DNA from: Eledone cirrhosa
Taxonomy: Eukaryota
Direction of reading: 5' to 3'
Assembly: GCA_964016885.1 (NCBI GenBank)
Contig: OZ024743.1
Span: 92,752,001-92,816,000 of the forward strand
DNA length: 64,000 bases
Shown: one piece after another, positions 63,806 to 64,000 of the stretch
How positions within the stretch are numbered: position 1 is the stretch's first letter
How the letters are laid out: each line of letters opens with the position of its first letter
Translations under genes and position numbers: made by a program
Notes under the pieces: generated by a model
What the model was told of the DNA's origin: nothing
Database searches by the model: none
Seen by the model: the letters and a program-made list of their open reading frames with translations, nothing else

Positions 63806-64000
63806 TTAATTTTTTTTTTTTTTTTTTTTTTTTTTTCATTAATATCTTTACAGGGCTATTTATTTTTTTAGTTCGGTGACCGCTTAGGAAACCGAGCTGC
63901 TCTATACATTTCCATTTTTCTTTCTTTTAGTTTCTTTCTTTTGCAAGCTTCTCTCGCCAATGTCTGTTAGTTTCAAAATAATTAGGCACGCAAACTTTTT

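Larger units (their letters stand above)
1..64000 (+). repeat. 5S rDNA tandem array, 74 gene copies, ~872-bp unit
   Basis: Near-identical unit recurs throughout; gene starts run from 31 to 63686, i.e. 73 intervals averaging 872 bp; no foreign insertion seen. Confidence 0.99.

Noticed and set aside
1-64000. CRISPR array, or a 5S-targeting retrotransposon insertion
   Set aside because: Spacers are near-identical rather than unique; all 73 intervals are 847-881 bp, leaving no room for an insertion

Overview
The whole window is a head-to-tail tandem array of eukaryotic 5S rDNA on the + strand. It has 74 5S gene copies (first at 31, last at 63686) in units of about 872 bp (range about 847-881 bp). 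Each unit is a 120-nt gene, a long oligo-T Pol III terminator and an AT-rich spacer of about 750 bp. The 5S sequence resembles invertebrate, probably lophotrochozoan, 5S as recalled from memory; the organism cannot be confirmed here. There are no real protein-coding genes: all ORF-track entries are repeat-derived. Structure beyond the basic array: (i) a degenerate copy of the 5S 3' half about 99 nt downstream of every gene, whose substitutions build a new hairpin; (ii) a 23-bp imperfect inverted repeat, flanked by TA on both sides, bracketing each gene plus that relic like a TIR element; (iii) two copies with a 13-bp box C deletion; (iv) about 41 of 74 genes with coding variants; (v) nested multi-unit duplications (2, 3, 4, 5, 10, 11, 16 and 20 units) and two haplotype domains. 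All comparisons and counts were made by eye.
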